DNA of 52,522 nucleotides, taken from Omnitrophica WOR_2 bacterium RIFCSPHIGHO2_02_FULL_48_11 (GTDB lineage: Bacteria; Omnitrophota; Gorgyraeia; Zapsychrales; GWA2-47-8). The DNA is taken from NCBI GenBank assembly GCA_001805615.1, contig MHGP01000035.1, positions 10,222 through 62,743 of the forward strand, written 5' to 3'. Positions 18,262 through 27,020 of the stretch are shown piece after piece. Within the stretch, counting starts at the first letter, position 1. Each line of letters opens with the position of its first letter. A model generated the notes under the pieces. That model was not told where the DNA came from, made no database searches, and was given only the letters and a program-made list of their open reading frames with translations. A program made the position numbers and the translations under genes.

Positions 18262-19790
18262 TTGAGTAACCTCGTTATAAATTTGTTTAGATCCACCAGA
18301 TGAACCGGCTCACGGTTGCAGACGATCTGCACCGCCAATGATCCGACGGCATTGCCGATAAACGAAATAAGATCCTGCGGCAATTTGGCGGCAAAACACG
18401 GAGCTACATAGGCAAAAAAGGCGTCTCCCGCCCCGATCGCATCAACGATCCGATAAGCAAAGGCCGGGGTTTCGTGAAAGCCTTCTTTCTGTGAATAACA
18501 TTGCGAACCATGGAACCCGCGCGTGGCGATAATATGTTCGCAGCCGATCTGCGCATAAACTTTCTTTAAAAGCATGCGCACATCGCTGAACTTGTCATGC
18601 GCCGCGTAGCGCAATTCCATCTCATCGATACACACACAATTGGCACCCGGATATTTTGTGATCAGATTAAAACCGATATTGGCGCTATTGGTCTGAACAT
18701 TGACGGCCAGATATTTGGCCTTTGAACGGACAAAGTTGATGATCTTCTTGGTCATCAACCCGTGACCGAAATCTGAAACAATGACCACATCATAATTCTT
18801 TATTCTTTTCTGCAGCTGCTCGAGGATCTGCGCTTCTTGTTCCGCGGCAATATCATCATCCTTGATGTAACAAATCTCAAATAATTTCCGGCTACCCCAT
18901 TCGCTCACATAACGCCGCTTGACGATCGTCCCGCTGTCGGGCCGATAAACAAAAAAAGGCATGATGTTCGAAGCGAGTTTACCGCGGATAAAATCTTCAC
19001 AGGTGTTCTTTTTTCCCAAAACCGTCAACAGATCCACTTTGCCGCAAACGCTGGCCACATTATTCGCCGTTGCCAAAGTCCCTCCCGCGAACATTTCCTC
19101 GGACGTATAGCGGGTCGCCACCAAATGCTCCTTGGAGGATTTTCCCATCGGAAGACAATAATGATATTCGTCGATGATCGCATCGCCGATCACCAGCGCA
19201 TTCAATTTCTTCAAGCCTTGCAAAGAATTCACGACAGAATCGATCGTATAACGTTTACCCAGCGCCCGCAGGTACTTAAAAGTGCGCGACGGAAAAACAT
19301 CCAGATTATTATTGATCAAACTCGAGGAACTAAAGGTGATGTCATCGGTAAAGGCAATGCGCCCGCCGACCGATTTAACGGCATCCTCTTCTTCATAGAT
19401 CTTGCCGGTGACGTCCTTTTCACGGCTGCGGTATTCGGACCCCTTCGCATAAACGTTAGGCTTTAAAATTTTGATGGCCTCGACCGCCGTCGGAGCATCA
19501 ACGACACTTACGTAATCCGTGACCGCCAAAGACGCCAGCGTTTCGGAACGCAGATCTTCATTAAAGATCGGCCGGCCCGGCCCGCGCTTGACATGTTTAT
19601 CCTTGGTGACAGTGACGACGAGGACATCACCCTCTTTTTTTGCCAAATTAAAATGCCGGATGTGCCCCAAATGCACCAGGTCAAAGACACCGTGGCACTG
19701 GACGACCTTTTTGCCTTTTTTCTTCAAGTCCTCGACGATCTTGGCCAACGCCGGCAACGGCTTAATCTTTATTTTGACGTTATTTTCCAT
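18258..19790 (-). CDS. Bifunctional nucleotidyltransferase (cytidylyltransferase fold) / PfkB-family sugar kinase, HldE-like with inverted domain order
   Basis: N-terminal HxGH motif (FDLVHLGHIRH). C-terminal PfkB signature DAIGAGDAFFAY. The ORF opens at a GTG at 19844, but I prefer the ATG at 19790, which is preceded by AAGGAAA. Confidence 0.8.
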   Translation of the reverse strand: MENNVKIKIKPLPALAKIVEDLKKKGKKVVQCHGVFDLVHLGHIRHFNLAKKEGDVLVVTVTKDKHVKRGPGRPIFNEDLRSETLASLAVTDYVSVVDAPTAVEAIKILKPNVYAKGSEYRSREKDVTGKIYEEEDAVKSVGGRIAFTDDITFSSSSLINNNLDVFPSRTFKYLRALGKRYTIDSVVNSLQGLKKLNALVIGDAIIDEYHYCLPMGKSSKEHLVATRYTSEEMFAGGTLATANNVASVCGKVDLLTVLGKKNTCEDFIRGKLASNIMPFFVYRPDSGTIVKRRYVSEWGSRKLFEICYIKDDDIAAEQEAQILEQLQKRIKNYDVVIVSDFGHGLMTKKIINFVRSKAKYLAVNVQTNSANIGFNLITKYPGANCVCIDEMELRYAAHDKFSDVRMLLKKVYAQIGCEHIIATRGFHGSQCYSQKEGFHETPAFAYRIVDAIGAGDAFFAYVAPCFAAKLPQDLISFIGNAVGSLAVQIVCNREPVHLVDLNKFITRLLK

Positions 19791-19894
19791 CCCAATTTTC
19801 CTTAATACTCCCAATTGATCGTATAGATGAAATTGGGATAGCACTGATTACCTTTATTGTTGTTTTAGAAACATCAGGCATTCCGATTTCCCTT

Positions 19895-20899
19895 TTAATC
19901 CTTTACTAAATATTTGAACCAATCTTCCGTCGCTTTTTCAATTTTCTCCGGGGTCCACACCGGCGCGTCTTTCCAGTAATCGATATACTGCAGCGTCTTT
20001 TCGACACCCTCTTCGAACGACACCTTAGGCTCCCAGCCGATCATTTTTTGAATTTTAGAAATATCCGCCCAGGTGCAATCCGGTTCACCGGGCCGCCTGG
20101 GAATATGGACCTTTTCTCCCCCAAGCAATTCGGCTAAACGGTTAACGCTTTGCGGGTTTCCTGTCCCGACGTTAAAAATTTCACCCTGCACGTCCGAATG
20201 AGCGGCAGCGATGAACGCGTCCACCACATCCGAGACATAGGTAAAATCACGCTTTTGATTTCCGTCACCGACGACCGTGTACGGTTTTCCGGCGAGTTTT
20301 TGCGCCAGAAATACGCCGAAAACCGCTCCGTAGGTTCCGGTCGTACGAGCCCGCGGACCATAGACATTAAATAAACGCAAAGACACAACCGGCAATTTAT
20401 AAACTTGTCCCCAATGCAAGGCAGTCTGCTCCCCGATATATTTGGTGAAGGCATAGGGATATTGCGGACTTATGGGAGTTGTTTCCGGGGAAGGAAAGTA
20501 TCCTTTCGGAGGAATACCGTAGCAAGAAGTCGATGCGGTATATAAAAATCTTTTTACACCCGACAAGCGCGCGGCCTCCACCACCGTCATGGTGCCCTGC
20601 ACGTTCGACCAGAAATATCCCTGCGGATTGACGATCGAAGGAACAATGTCCGCCAAGGCCGCCATGTGGAAGACCATCTCCTGATTTTTAAAATGCGGGA
20701 TGATCTTTTCAAAGTTCGCCACATCCGTCTCGACCACTTTAAGATTGGAATTCCCTTTGTGCTGAGCGAGATTGGCCGGCTTGCTCGTTGAAAAATTATC
20801 CAGGACAGTGACTTGATGTCCATCCGCGATCAGGCGATCCACCAAATGACTGCCGATAAAGCCCGCTCCCCCCGTCACTAAAACTTTCTTGCTTCCCAT
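19895..20899 (-). CDS. NDP-sugar dehydratase/decarboxylase-type extended SDR (UDP-glucuronate decarboxylase / 4,6-dehydratase-like)
   Basis: VLVTGGAGFIGSHLVDRL, YAFTK (YxxxK), 334 aa. Confidence 0.8.
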   Translation of the reverse strand: MGSKKVLVTGGAGFIGSHLVDRLIADGHQVTVLDNFSTSKPANLAQHKGNSNLKVVETDVANFEKIIPHFKNQEMVFHMAALADIVPSIVNPQGYFWSNVQGTMTVVEAARLSGVKRFLYTASTSCYGIPPKGYFPSPETTPISPQYPYAFTKYIGEQTALHWGQVYKLPVVSLRLFNVYGPRARTTGTYGAVFGVFLAQKLAGKPYTVVGDGNQKRDFTYVSDVVDAFIAAAHSDVQGEIFNVGTGNPQSVNRLAELLGGEKVHIPRRPGEPDCTWADISKIQKMIGWEPKVSFEEGVEKTLQYIDYWKDAPVWTPEKIEKATEDWFKYLVKD

Positions 20900-20903
20900 G
20901 CTT

Positions 20904-23201
20904 TTACCTCCAAGCTGGATTAATAATTAACTGTTGCTTATCCCCCATTAACAAAACCCATACAAAGGCCGCGGCAAGAGTGAACGCAACGGCCAAACCA
21001 AACAAGGCAATGCCCTGACTGATAACCGAGCCTAAGCCGTTTTCGAAAGCAAAGCGGACATGATGCTGCCCGCCGGTCAAAAGAACCGCTTTGAAATTTA
21101 AATACGCCTCAAAGACCGAAACGCGTTTTCCGTCAATATAGGCCTTCCATCCGGGGTGATACGAATCGGCATACACCAGCCAAGCGCCGGCCGAATAAGG
21201 CACGTTGACATCAAAAGCAACCTGATTGGCGGAAAATTTTTTCATCCGGATCTCCGAATTTTCCCTGGGCCGCGGCGGCTGATTTGAAAATGCATCCTTG
21301 GTCGCGGCATCCACACCGCGCAGCACCGCTGTATCAAATATTTTTGGCATGCTGCGCATCGCAGCGGTAGTCTGCTCCAGCGTATCCGTATAAACCGCCT
21401 TGGAAACCAACCGGATCTTCGGGGTATAGCAGCCGATCGTGCGTAAAAAATCTTCATCAATGCTATACCGGGTCTGCGTAAACCGCGAAAATCCCAAAGG
21501 CAGCATATGCGTTTTAAATTCCGAAAAACAGGAATCAAATTGAAAGAAGCTGTACGCGACGGAATAATGATTTCTGCCTTCCGGCCGGGTCACCAGCTGA
21601 TACGCATCTTTCTGCCGGGACTCCACGGGCTTCTCGGTCCTTTTTTCCTGAAACTGCATCGGATGCGCCTGCAACGTATAAAGCAAGGGACGGTATTCGT
21701 CCGAAAGTTTTTCCGCTGCCTTATAATAAATGAGCTGGGACGAAAAAATATCAAATAAAAATGCCGCTATAAGCACAGCCTGGCTCAGCGGACCCATCCA
21801 CCCGCGGTTCAATTTCCGCTGTGTCTTTTTTTCATAAATATTGCAGATCACAAAAACCATAACGAGCAAAAGGACCGCGGCCAGATACACCATATATTTC
21901 AAAGGAACACTGTTCAGCGTGAGACTCGCCGCCCACCCTTTCCAATCCGATCCTTTAAGATAAAAATCCATGATCCAATCGCCGGATACCCGGAAGGCAT
22001 CGATGAGAAAAACCAAAATAGCTGCAACGATCAAGGCCGAACGCACTTGCACTTTGCCGGGGGTTTTCCAGAAACTCTCCCACCCAAAGCCCGCACACAG
22101 CAGCATGAATATATGAATAACATAATCGATGAGACCAATGTGACGATAATAGGACATCCCCGGAAAAAAATAACACAAGGCCGAAAAAATACCGCCAGCC
22201 GAATACCACCACAGCAATACCGTCGCAGCTAAAAAAACAAAGAAAATTTTACTTCTTACTTTCAGAATAGCCCAAACAAAGAAAAAGAGCGGTAACAAAC
22301 CGATATACCTGGTCGATGGGTTATGGACCGTTTGCAGCTGATAAAAATGGGACAGGCCGTTGCCTGTGCTCCAGGTCAAGAACATCCCTAAAGAATTTTT
22401 GCCGCCCGGGCCGCGAGACCGCAAATCAACAAAATCCAGCATCTCTTTCAGATGAACAAAAAGGCTGGCCGCCACGACTACGCACACAACGATCAAAAAA
22501 ATACTGTAGTTAGACGGCTGCTTAAAGCCGTGCCAAATTTTCTTGTCGCTGATCAAATAAAGGCCCACAAACAATATGGTAAAAATGAAGGTCCACAGAG
22601 AAATATAATAGAGGATCGTCCCGGTGATCCACGCCATAAAGACAACACCTACCAACCAAAAAAATTTCGGTTTCTTCCTCTCAAAGAATAAAAGCAAAAA
22701 ATAAATCCCTAAAGGAAGCAAATAAAAGATACGAAAATTGAAATTCACCTGGTGATACATGTCCGGATAACTCACGGCCGCAAGGCACAGGATAAAGATC
22801 GTGCTCTTTTGGGCGAACAACGCTCTGCTCAACAAATACATCCCCATGAGAAAGATCAACTGTTCCGCCAGCAAGGTCGCCTTAAACAATAAGAGCGCGT
22901 CTTTGATCTTAAAAATGTATCCCGCCAAAAATGACAAATAGCTGAACGGCGTGATCGATTCCAACTGTTCATGGTTGCTCAACAATCCAAAAGTATCAAA
23001 AGGCATCCACTGCGCGATCTCTTTGTTAAACAGCAAGTTGCTATAAAAAAAATGATAGAGTTCATACGCCAGCATTGAGTCGTGCCGCGGGATTATGTTG
23101 CTCTGAAAATAAGGCACATTCAAAGCAATAACAATGAGCGCCAGAACGCCCAGCAGGCACCGTCCCCAGAGGTGATCAATAAATTTCAAACTTTCCTTCA
23201 T
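20904..23201 (-). CDS. Polytopic membrane protein, YfhO-like (GT-C-type) glycosyltransferase
   Basis: 765 aa with many hydrophobic helices over about 480 aa. The C-terminal soluble domain carries YADSYHPGWKAYIDGKRV, characteristic of YfhO-family proteins. A final C-terminal TM helix is present. Confidence 0.65.
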   Translation of the reverse strand: MKESLKFIDHLWGRCLLGVLALIVIALNVPYFQSNIIPRHDSMLAYELYHFFYSNLLFNKEIAQWMPFDTFGLLSNHEQLESITPFSYLSFLAGYIFKIKDALLLFKATLLAEQLIFLMGMYLLSRALFAQKSTIFILCLAAVSYPDMYHQVNFNFRIFYLLPLGIYFLLLFFERKKPKFFWLVGVVFMAWITGTILYYISLWTFIFTILFVGLYLISDKKIWHGFKQPSNYSIFLIVVCVVVAASLFVHLKEMLDFVDLRSRGPGGKNSLGMFLTWSTGNGLSHFYQLQTVHNPSTRYIGLLPLFFFVWAILKVRSKIFFVFLAATVLLWWYSAGGIFSALCYFFPGMSYYRHIGLIDYVIHIFMLLCAGFGWESFWKTPGKVQVRSALIVAAILVFLIDAFRVSGDWIMDFYLKGSDWKGWAASLTLNSVPLKYMVYLAAVLLLVMVFVICNIYEKKTQRKLNRGWMGPLSQAVLIAAFLFDIFSSQLIYYKAAEKLSDEYRPLLYTLQAHPMQFQEKRTEKPVESRQKDAYQLVTRPEGRNHYSVAYSFFQFDSCFSEFKTHMLPLGFSRFTQTRYSIDEDFLRTIGCYTPKIRLVSKAVYTDTLEQTTAAMRSMPKIFDTAVLRGVDAATKDAFSNQPPRPRENSEIRMKKFSANQVAFDVNVPYSAGAWLVYADSYHPGWKAYIDGKRVSVFEAYLNFKAVLLTGGQHHVRFAFENGLGSVISQGIALFGLAVAFTLAAAFVWVLLMGDKQQLIINPAWR

Positions 23202-24781
23202 AATTTCCCAAATCCCCGTCGGGTCAGCCGGCGTCCCAAAAGCCTGAACAGCAGCCGGCCGTAATTGGGCCCGGTCTTCATGATCTTAAAAGACGAGAAC
23301 CCCATGACCAAAGAACGATTCATCCAAGAGATCGGGACCTCTGCCACCTTGTACCCCAACAGCAAAGGTTTTAATCCGGTTTCGGCATTCGCCGCAAAAT
23401 CATCGAATTCAATTGTGATATTTTGCGCCACCGTTCTTTTAAAAATTTTCAGATTGTTCGTTAAGTCCCGGAATTGTTTTCCCAGAAGGATATTGGCCAG
23501 AAAGTGAAACGCCCGGTTAGCGATGATCTTCGTGAACGGATAATTCAAGAGGACCGATTCTCGGGAGAACCGCGACCCGACCACCACGTCCGCTCCCTTC
23601 ACCAAGGCATCAAACAAATCACGCAATTCCGGAATGATCTCCTGAAAATCGCAATCCATGATCAGAACGTATTCCCCTTTCGCCGCAGCAATCCCTTCCC
23701 GCAAAGCACGGCCTACGCCGTTGGGCGGACTGCGCTTGACGACACGAACTCTTAGGTCTTCAACAGCCAGTTTTTGAGCGACCGCATACGTTTGGTCTTT
23801 GGAATTGTCATCGACAATAATAATTTCATGAATATATTTTCCGTAAAAATTTTTTAACCCCTCGACCAAAGGGCCGACGTTCATTTCTTCATTATGGCAT
23901 GGGATAACAAAGGAAACTTGGCCGGCGAACTCAGCATGCTCAGCGAGGTCCCGGCTGATCCTGGGTTGAGCGTTGGTGGCGGCATACCGGGCCCAGACAT
24001 AAATCGACCCGGCAAAATTCCGGATCCCTGGACAATTTTCCATAATTAAGCTTAAATTTTTGGCCGGCCAGAGCAAACGGCGCGGGACCGGGGCGTATAA
24101 GAAATCATAAGGAGTGGCATGAATGTGGGTGTAACCGGTTTCGGAAAATACGGAAAGGATTTGCAGATGATTTAAGGAGAGCGCTTCAGCCGGTCGGCGC
24201 CAGCGGATAGGAATGAGCCTTTGGATGAATCTGCGCAGCCGGTAATACGGGTTCCAGGGATTGAGCTCAAAAAACAAGACCGCGCCTCCAGGTTTCAGCA
24301 AATGCTTAACATCATTCAGCAAAATATTACGGCTCTCATCGCCCAGCATATGATGCGCCACGATATAGTCGAATTTTTCCTCACGGATAGGCCCGGGAAA
24401 ATCATCCATATACTTGACCTGCGCGTTCAACCCTTGGAGAGTTTTCTCAGCGCGGCCGGCGTCTTCTTTGGAAAACACCACCGCAGTCACCGGGCATTCG
24501 TTGCGGGTAACTTTAATCATCGCCTGGGTGAAGATGCCGCTGCCTGCCCCGATTTCCAATATCTTCTGCCCGGGAAGAATGTGAAAAATATGCCGCATCG
24601 TTGAGGCCCGCCACTGCATCCTTTCGGCAATGAAATGATCGTATTGACCCCAGTACCCCATCCTGCTTTTTTCCTGGACGTAAAGCTTATCCGCCAAGCA
24701 TTCTCCTTGAGAACGTACCGGGTATTGCGGGATTGTAGGAGCAGAGGTTTGGAGTTCTTTATCCATTAGATTAAAACTCAC
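23198..24781 (-). CDS. Fusion: N-terminal class I SAM methyltransferase plus C-terminal GT2 polyprenyl-phosphate glycosyltransferase-like (DPM1/GtrB-like) domain
   Basis: MT motif I ILEIGAGSGIFT. GT2 motifs VSFVIPCHNEE, IIIVDDNSKDQT, VLIMDCDFQ. ATGA overlap with the YfhO-like gene. Confidence 0.8.
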   Translation of the reverse strand: MSFNLMDKELQTSAPTIPQYPVRSQGECLADKLYVQEKSRMGYWGQYDHFIAERMQWRASTMRHIFHILPGQKILEIGAGSGIFTQAMIKVTRNECPVTAVVFSKEDAGRAEKTLQGLNAQVKYMDDFPGPIREEKFDYIVAHHMLGDESRNILLNDVKHLLKPGGAVLFFELNPWNPYYRLRRFIQRLIPIRWRRPAEALSLNHLQILSVFSETGYTHIHATPYDFLYAPVPRRLLWPAKNLSLIMENCPGIRNFAGSIYVWARYAATNAQPRISRDLAEHAEFAGQVSFVIPCHNEEMNVGPLVEGLKNFYGKYIHEIIIVDDNSKDQTYAVAQKLAVEDLRVRVVKRSPPNGVGRALREGIAAAKGEYVLIMDCDFQEIIPELRDLFDALVKGADVVVGSRFSRESVLLNYPFTKIIANRAFHFLANILLGKQFRDLTNNLKIFKRTVAQNITIEFDDFAANAETGLKPLLLGYKVAEVPISWMNRSLVMGFSSFKIMKTGPNYGRLLFRLLGRRLTRRGFGKL

Positions 24782-25520
24782 CTTTTATCATGAAATACGG
24801 TAAGACCTTATTGAAAAATTTAAATTGGTCAGTATAACTTTCGGTTTTTAATAATGAAGGAAAACAATTAATCAAGAGGGGAGGAAAAAATCCAAAACGG
24901 CGATATTGAATATTATGAAAACCGGCTTCAGTCAGGCTCATTCTAACACGATCAGGAAGGCTGTCGAACTTATGGCCCTCAGCTTGCCAGCCTCGATCCA
25001 ACAAAGTATCAATGTAGTGCAAAGGATTTAAAGCGTTCGGTTCCAAAAAAACCATCCTGCCATCTTTTTTGAGACAGCGTGCGATATTTTCAAAACAATT
25101 TTTAACATCAAATAAATGATGCAGGACATTAAAGCCGATCACAATATCGAACTTCTTATCATTTTCAACGTTTAAGCTATGAATATCGCTGCGCATGATC
25201 GTGTACTGCTTTTCGGGTATTTTCAGTTTATCAGTATCTTCCTGAAGTTTCTTCAGCATTCTTTCGGAAATATCGATAGCCGTAAGCTGGTATCCTCTTA
25301 AAAGCAGCGGAAGTGTATATCGCCCTGCCCCGCAGCCTATCTCTAAAATTTGCTCTTGCGTGGTCAGCGTGGCAAAAGGGATAAATTTATTTAGAATTGA
25401 AGCAACAAAATGCGAATTGCCGTCATACCACATCCGGGAGTGTTCCCGGGAGTTATAGAACTCCTTTTGAAAGCTATTCCACTTCTCTTGTTCCGTGATT
25501 TTGACCTGGCTAGTTAGCAT
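24771..25520 (-). CDS. Class I SAM-dependent methyltransferase
   Basis: Motif I ILEIGCGAGRYTLP, 249 aa. First gene after the internal promoter. Confidence 0.8.
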   Translation of the reverse strand: MLTSQVKITEQEKWNSFQKEFYNSREHSRMWYDGNSHFVASILNKFIPFATLTTQEQILEIGCGAGRYTLPLLLRGYQLTAIDISERMLKKLQEDTDKLKIPEKQYTIMRSDIHSLNVENDKKFDIVIGFNVLHHLFDVKNCFENIARCLKKDGRMVFLEPNALNPLHYIDTLLDRGWQAEGHKFDSLPDRVRMSLTEAGFHNIQYRRFGFFPPLLINCFPSLLKTESYTDQFKFFNKVLPYFMIKGEF

Positions 25521-25589
25521 ATATTCTTCAGATTGTTTGCGCAGTAATTCGTTTAATATGAATAACTTAAATCTCTATATAAACTCCCA

Positions 25590-25606
25590 TGTTCAAAATA
25601 TGAACA
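25590..25606. promoter_or_regulatory. 17-bp perfect palindrome TGTTCA-N5-TGAACA (candidate operator, copy 2)
   Basis: Plus strand 25590..25606 reads TGTTCAAAATATGAACA. It lies 7 nt downstream of the -10 hexamer of promoter P2, and the same half-sites occur at 51101..51117. Confidence 0.5.
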
Positions 25607-25613
25607 CTTGTGT

Positions 25614-25641
25614 ATTATAGTCCTTAACTCCCCCCTGTCAA
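25614..25641 (-). promoter_or_regulatory. Consensus sigma70-type promoter P2: TTGACA-N16-TATAAT
   Basis: Minus strand reads TTGACA (25641..25636), a 16-nt spacer ggggggagttaaggac, then TATAAT (25619..25614). It sits in the 132-bp gap between the 25653 stop and the 25520 start. Confidence 0.6.
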
Positions 25642-25652
25642 GGCAAAAACCG

Positions 25653-27020
25653 TCACTGGCCAGTGTTTTGTTCCAAATAATTACCCACACGGGCACTGGT
25701 CTTACCTCTCTCACTTATGGCGTATTGTTTTAGGGACGGCTCCGCCACAACTTCTACCAATTGCGCCCTGCGTAATTTTTCAGCGATAAGGGACAGCTCC
25801 TGGACCGGCACATTGATCTTCTCGCTGATGTCGATTAAATCAAGTTTCCCGTCCGCGTAGGCAATAAAATCCATCATGTTCCTGACTTGCTCAGCCGACC
25901 CCTTGGCGCTGATTGTCGGATAGAGGCCTCTTTTCCCCAGCTGCGGCTCACCCAAACACGTCATTTTATATTTTTTATTTTTTTCCAATGCCTCGATACA
26001 CTCTTGCAGCACTGCAAATGATCCGGCCAATCCTTCCGCCGAAATAAGTTTTAAATTATCCAAGGACGTATGATATTCGGGATACGTTCCATATTTGCTG
26101 CGCATAATGGAAGCCACCGGCAGGTCAGCTCCGACGGAACAATACTGCCGTTCATCGCTGCCGCGATTCAAAAATGAATACTTAATAAAATCTGGGTGTC
26201 TCAATTTCAACACATTCAGCGCGACCTTGTCCGCCAATGTGTTCCCTAGCCGGGAAGGAAGATACGAATAACAACGCTCATCGCCGACGCAGGTCACATT
26301 AAAACCGGCAATGATGTTTTGTTTCATGTGTTGCAAATTTTTGCTCAGATAAGTGACCGAGCCGATCGTTTCCGGAATAAAAACAATCCGATAGGTATAT
26401 TCCCGCGGTTCACTTAAAAGCCATTTGGCCAGAAACGTGGTGACCACCGGGCCGGAAAGTTCATTATTGGCCATAGAAGGATGGCAAACGTAAGTGGAAA
26501 GAAAAATCTCCTTTTGTGATTGGCCCGGGATGATCAATTCACCATAGGTGAGCGAGCCATCCTTGAGTTCGGAATCGATCACGACTTTATACTTCCCCTT
26601 TTTCAGCTTCTGCCGATCCTTATGCGCCAGGCAAAATCCCCACCGCTCTGCATAATAAGAAGTGACATACGGTATGGCATTGGGTAATTTCTTATCCGAA
26701 TAAAGATGCTCTTGGAGCTCAGCCAGCGTAACGGTTTTATTGACCGGGGTCGCATAACCAACGACGTGGAGGTTATTCTTCTTAAAATCAATGACCTTCT
26801 TTCCCTTGGCATCACTGACATAGGCGTCCTGGATATTCCATTCTTTGGGAACCGTCCAATCAAACACCGGCGTTCCCGACGGGACTTCCTGCACGGTTAA
26901 AGGAATGTGCTCTTGCAATATTTTCAGGGTCGCCCGGACACCGTTTCCCGTAATGCTGCGGCATATCGGGAGCAACCGCTCCGCCAATTTGTACATGGCT
27001 TTTCCTGTCATAGTGTTCAT
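25653..27020 (-). CDS. Aminopeptidase-like (M28-fold, DUF4910-type) polysaccharide-locus protein with C-terminal winged-helix segment
   Basis: 455 aa. The layout and segments such as YRIVFIPETIGS match my recollection of the COG4310-type family that accompanies AAC(3)-like genes in glycan loci. Unverified without an HMM search. Confidence 0.55.
   Translation of the reverse strand: MNTMTGKAMYKLAERLLPICRSITGNGVRATLKILQEHIPLTVQEVPSGTPVFDWTVPKEWNIQDAYVSDAKGKKVIDFKKNNLHVVGYATPVNKTVTLAELQEHLYSDKKLPNAIPYVTSYYAERWGFCLAHKDRQKLKKGKYKVVIDSELKDGSLTYGELIIPGQSQKEIFLSTYVCHPSMANNELSGPVVTTFLAKWLLSEPREYTYRIVFIPETIGSVTYLSKNLQHMKQNIIAGFNVTCVGDERCYSYLPSRLGNTLADKVALNVLKLRHPDFIKYSFLNRGSDERQYCSVGADLPVASIMRSKYGTYPEYHTSLDNLKLISAEGLAGSFAVLQECIEALEKNKKYKMTCLGEPQLGKRGLYPTISAKGSAEQVRNMMDFIAYADGKLDLIDISEKINVPVQELSLIAEKLRRAQLVEVVAEPSLKQYAISERGKTSARVGNYLEQNTGQ

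Noticed and set aside
19791-19894. The roughly 100-bp gap upstream of the HldE-like gene as a third internal promoter.
   Set aside because: Only weak hexamer matches were found (for example TTCATC-N17-GTATTA), and there is no copy of the TGTTCA-N5-TGAACA palindrome. That is not enough to call a promoter.
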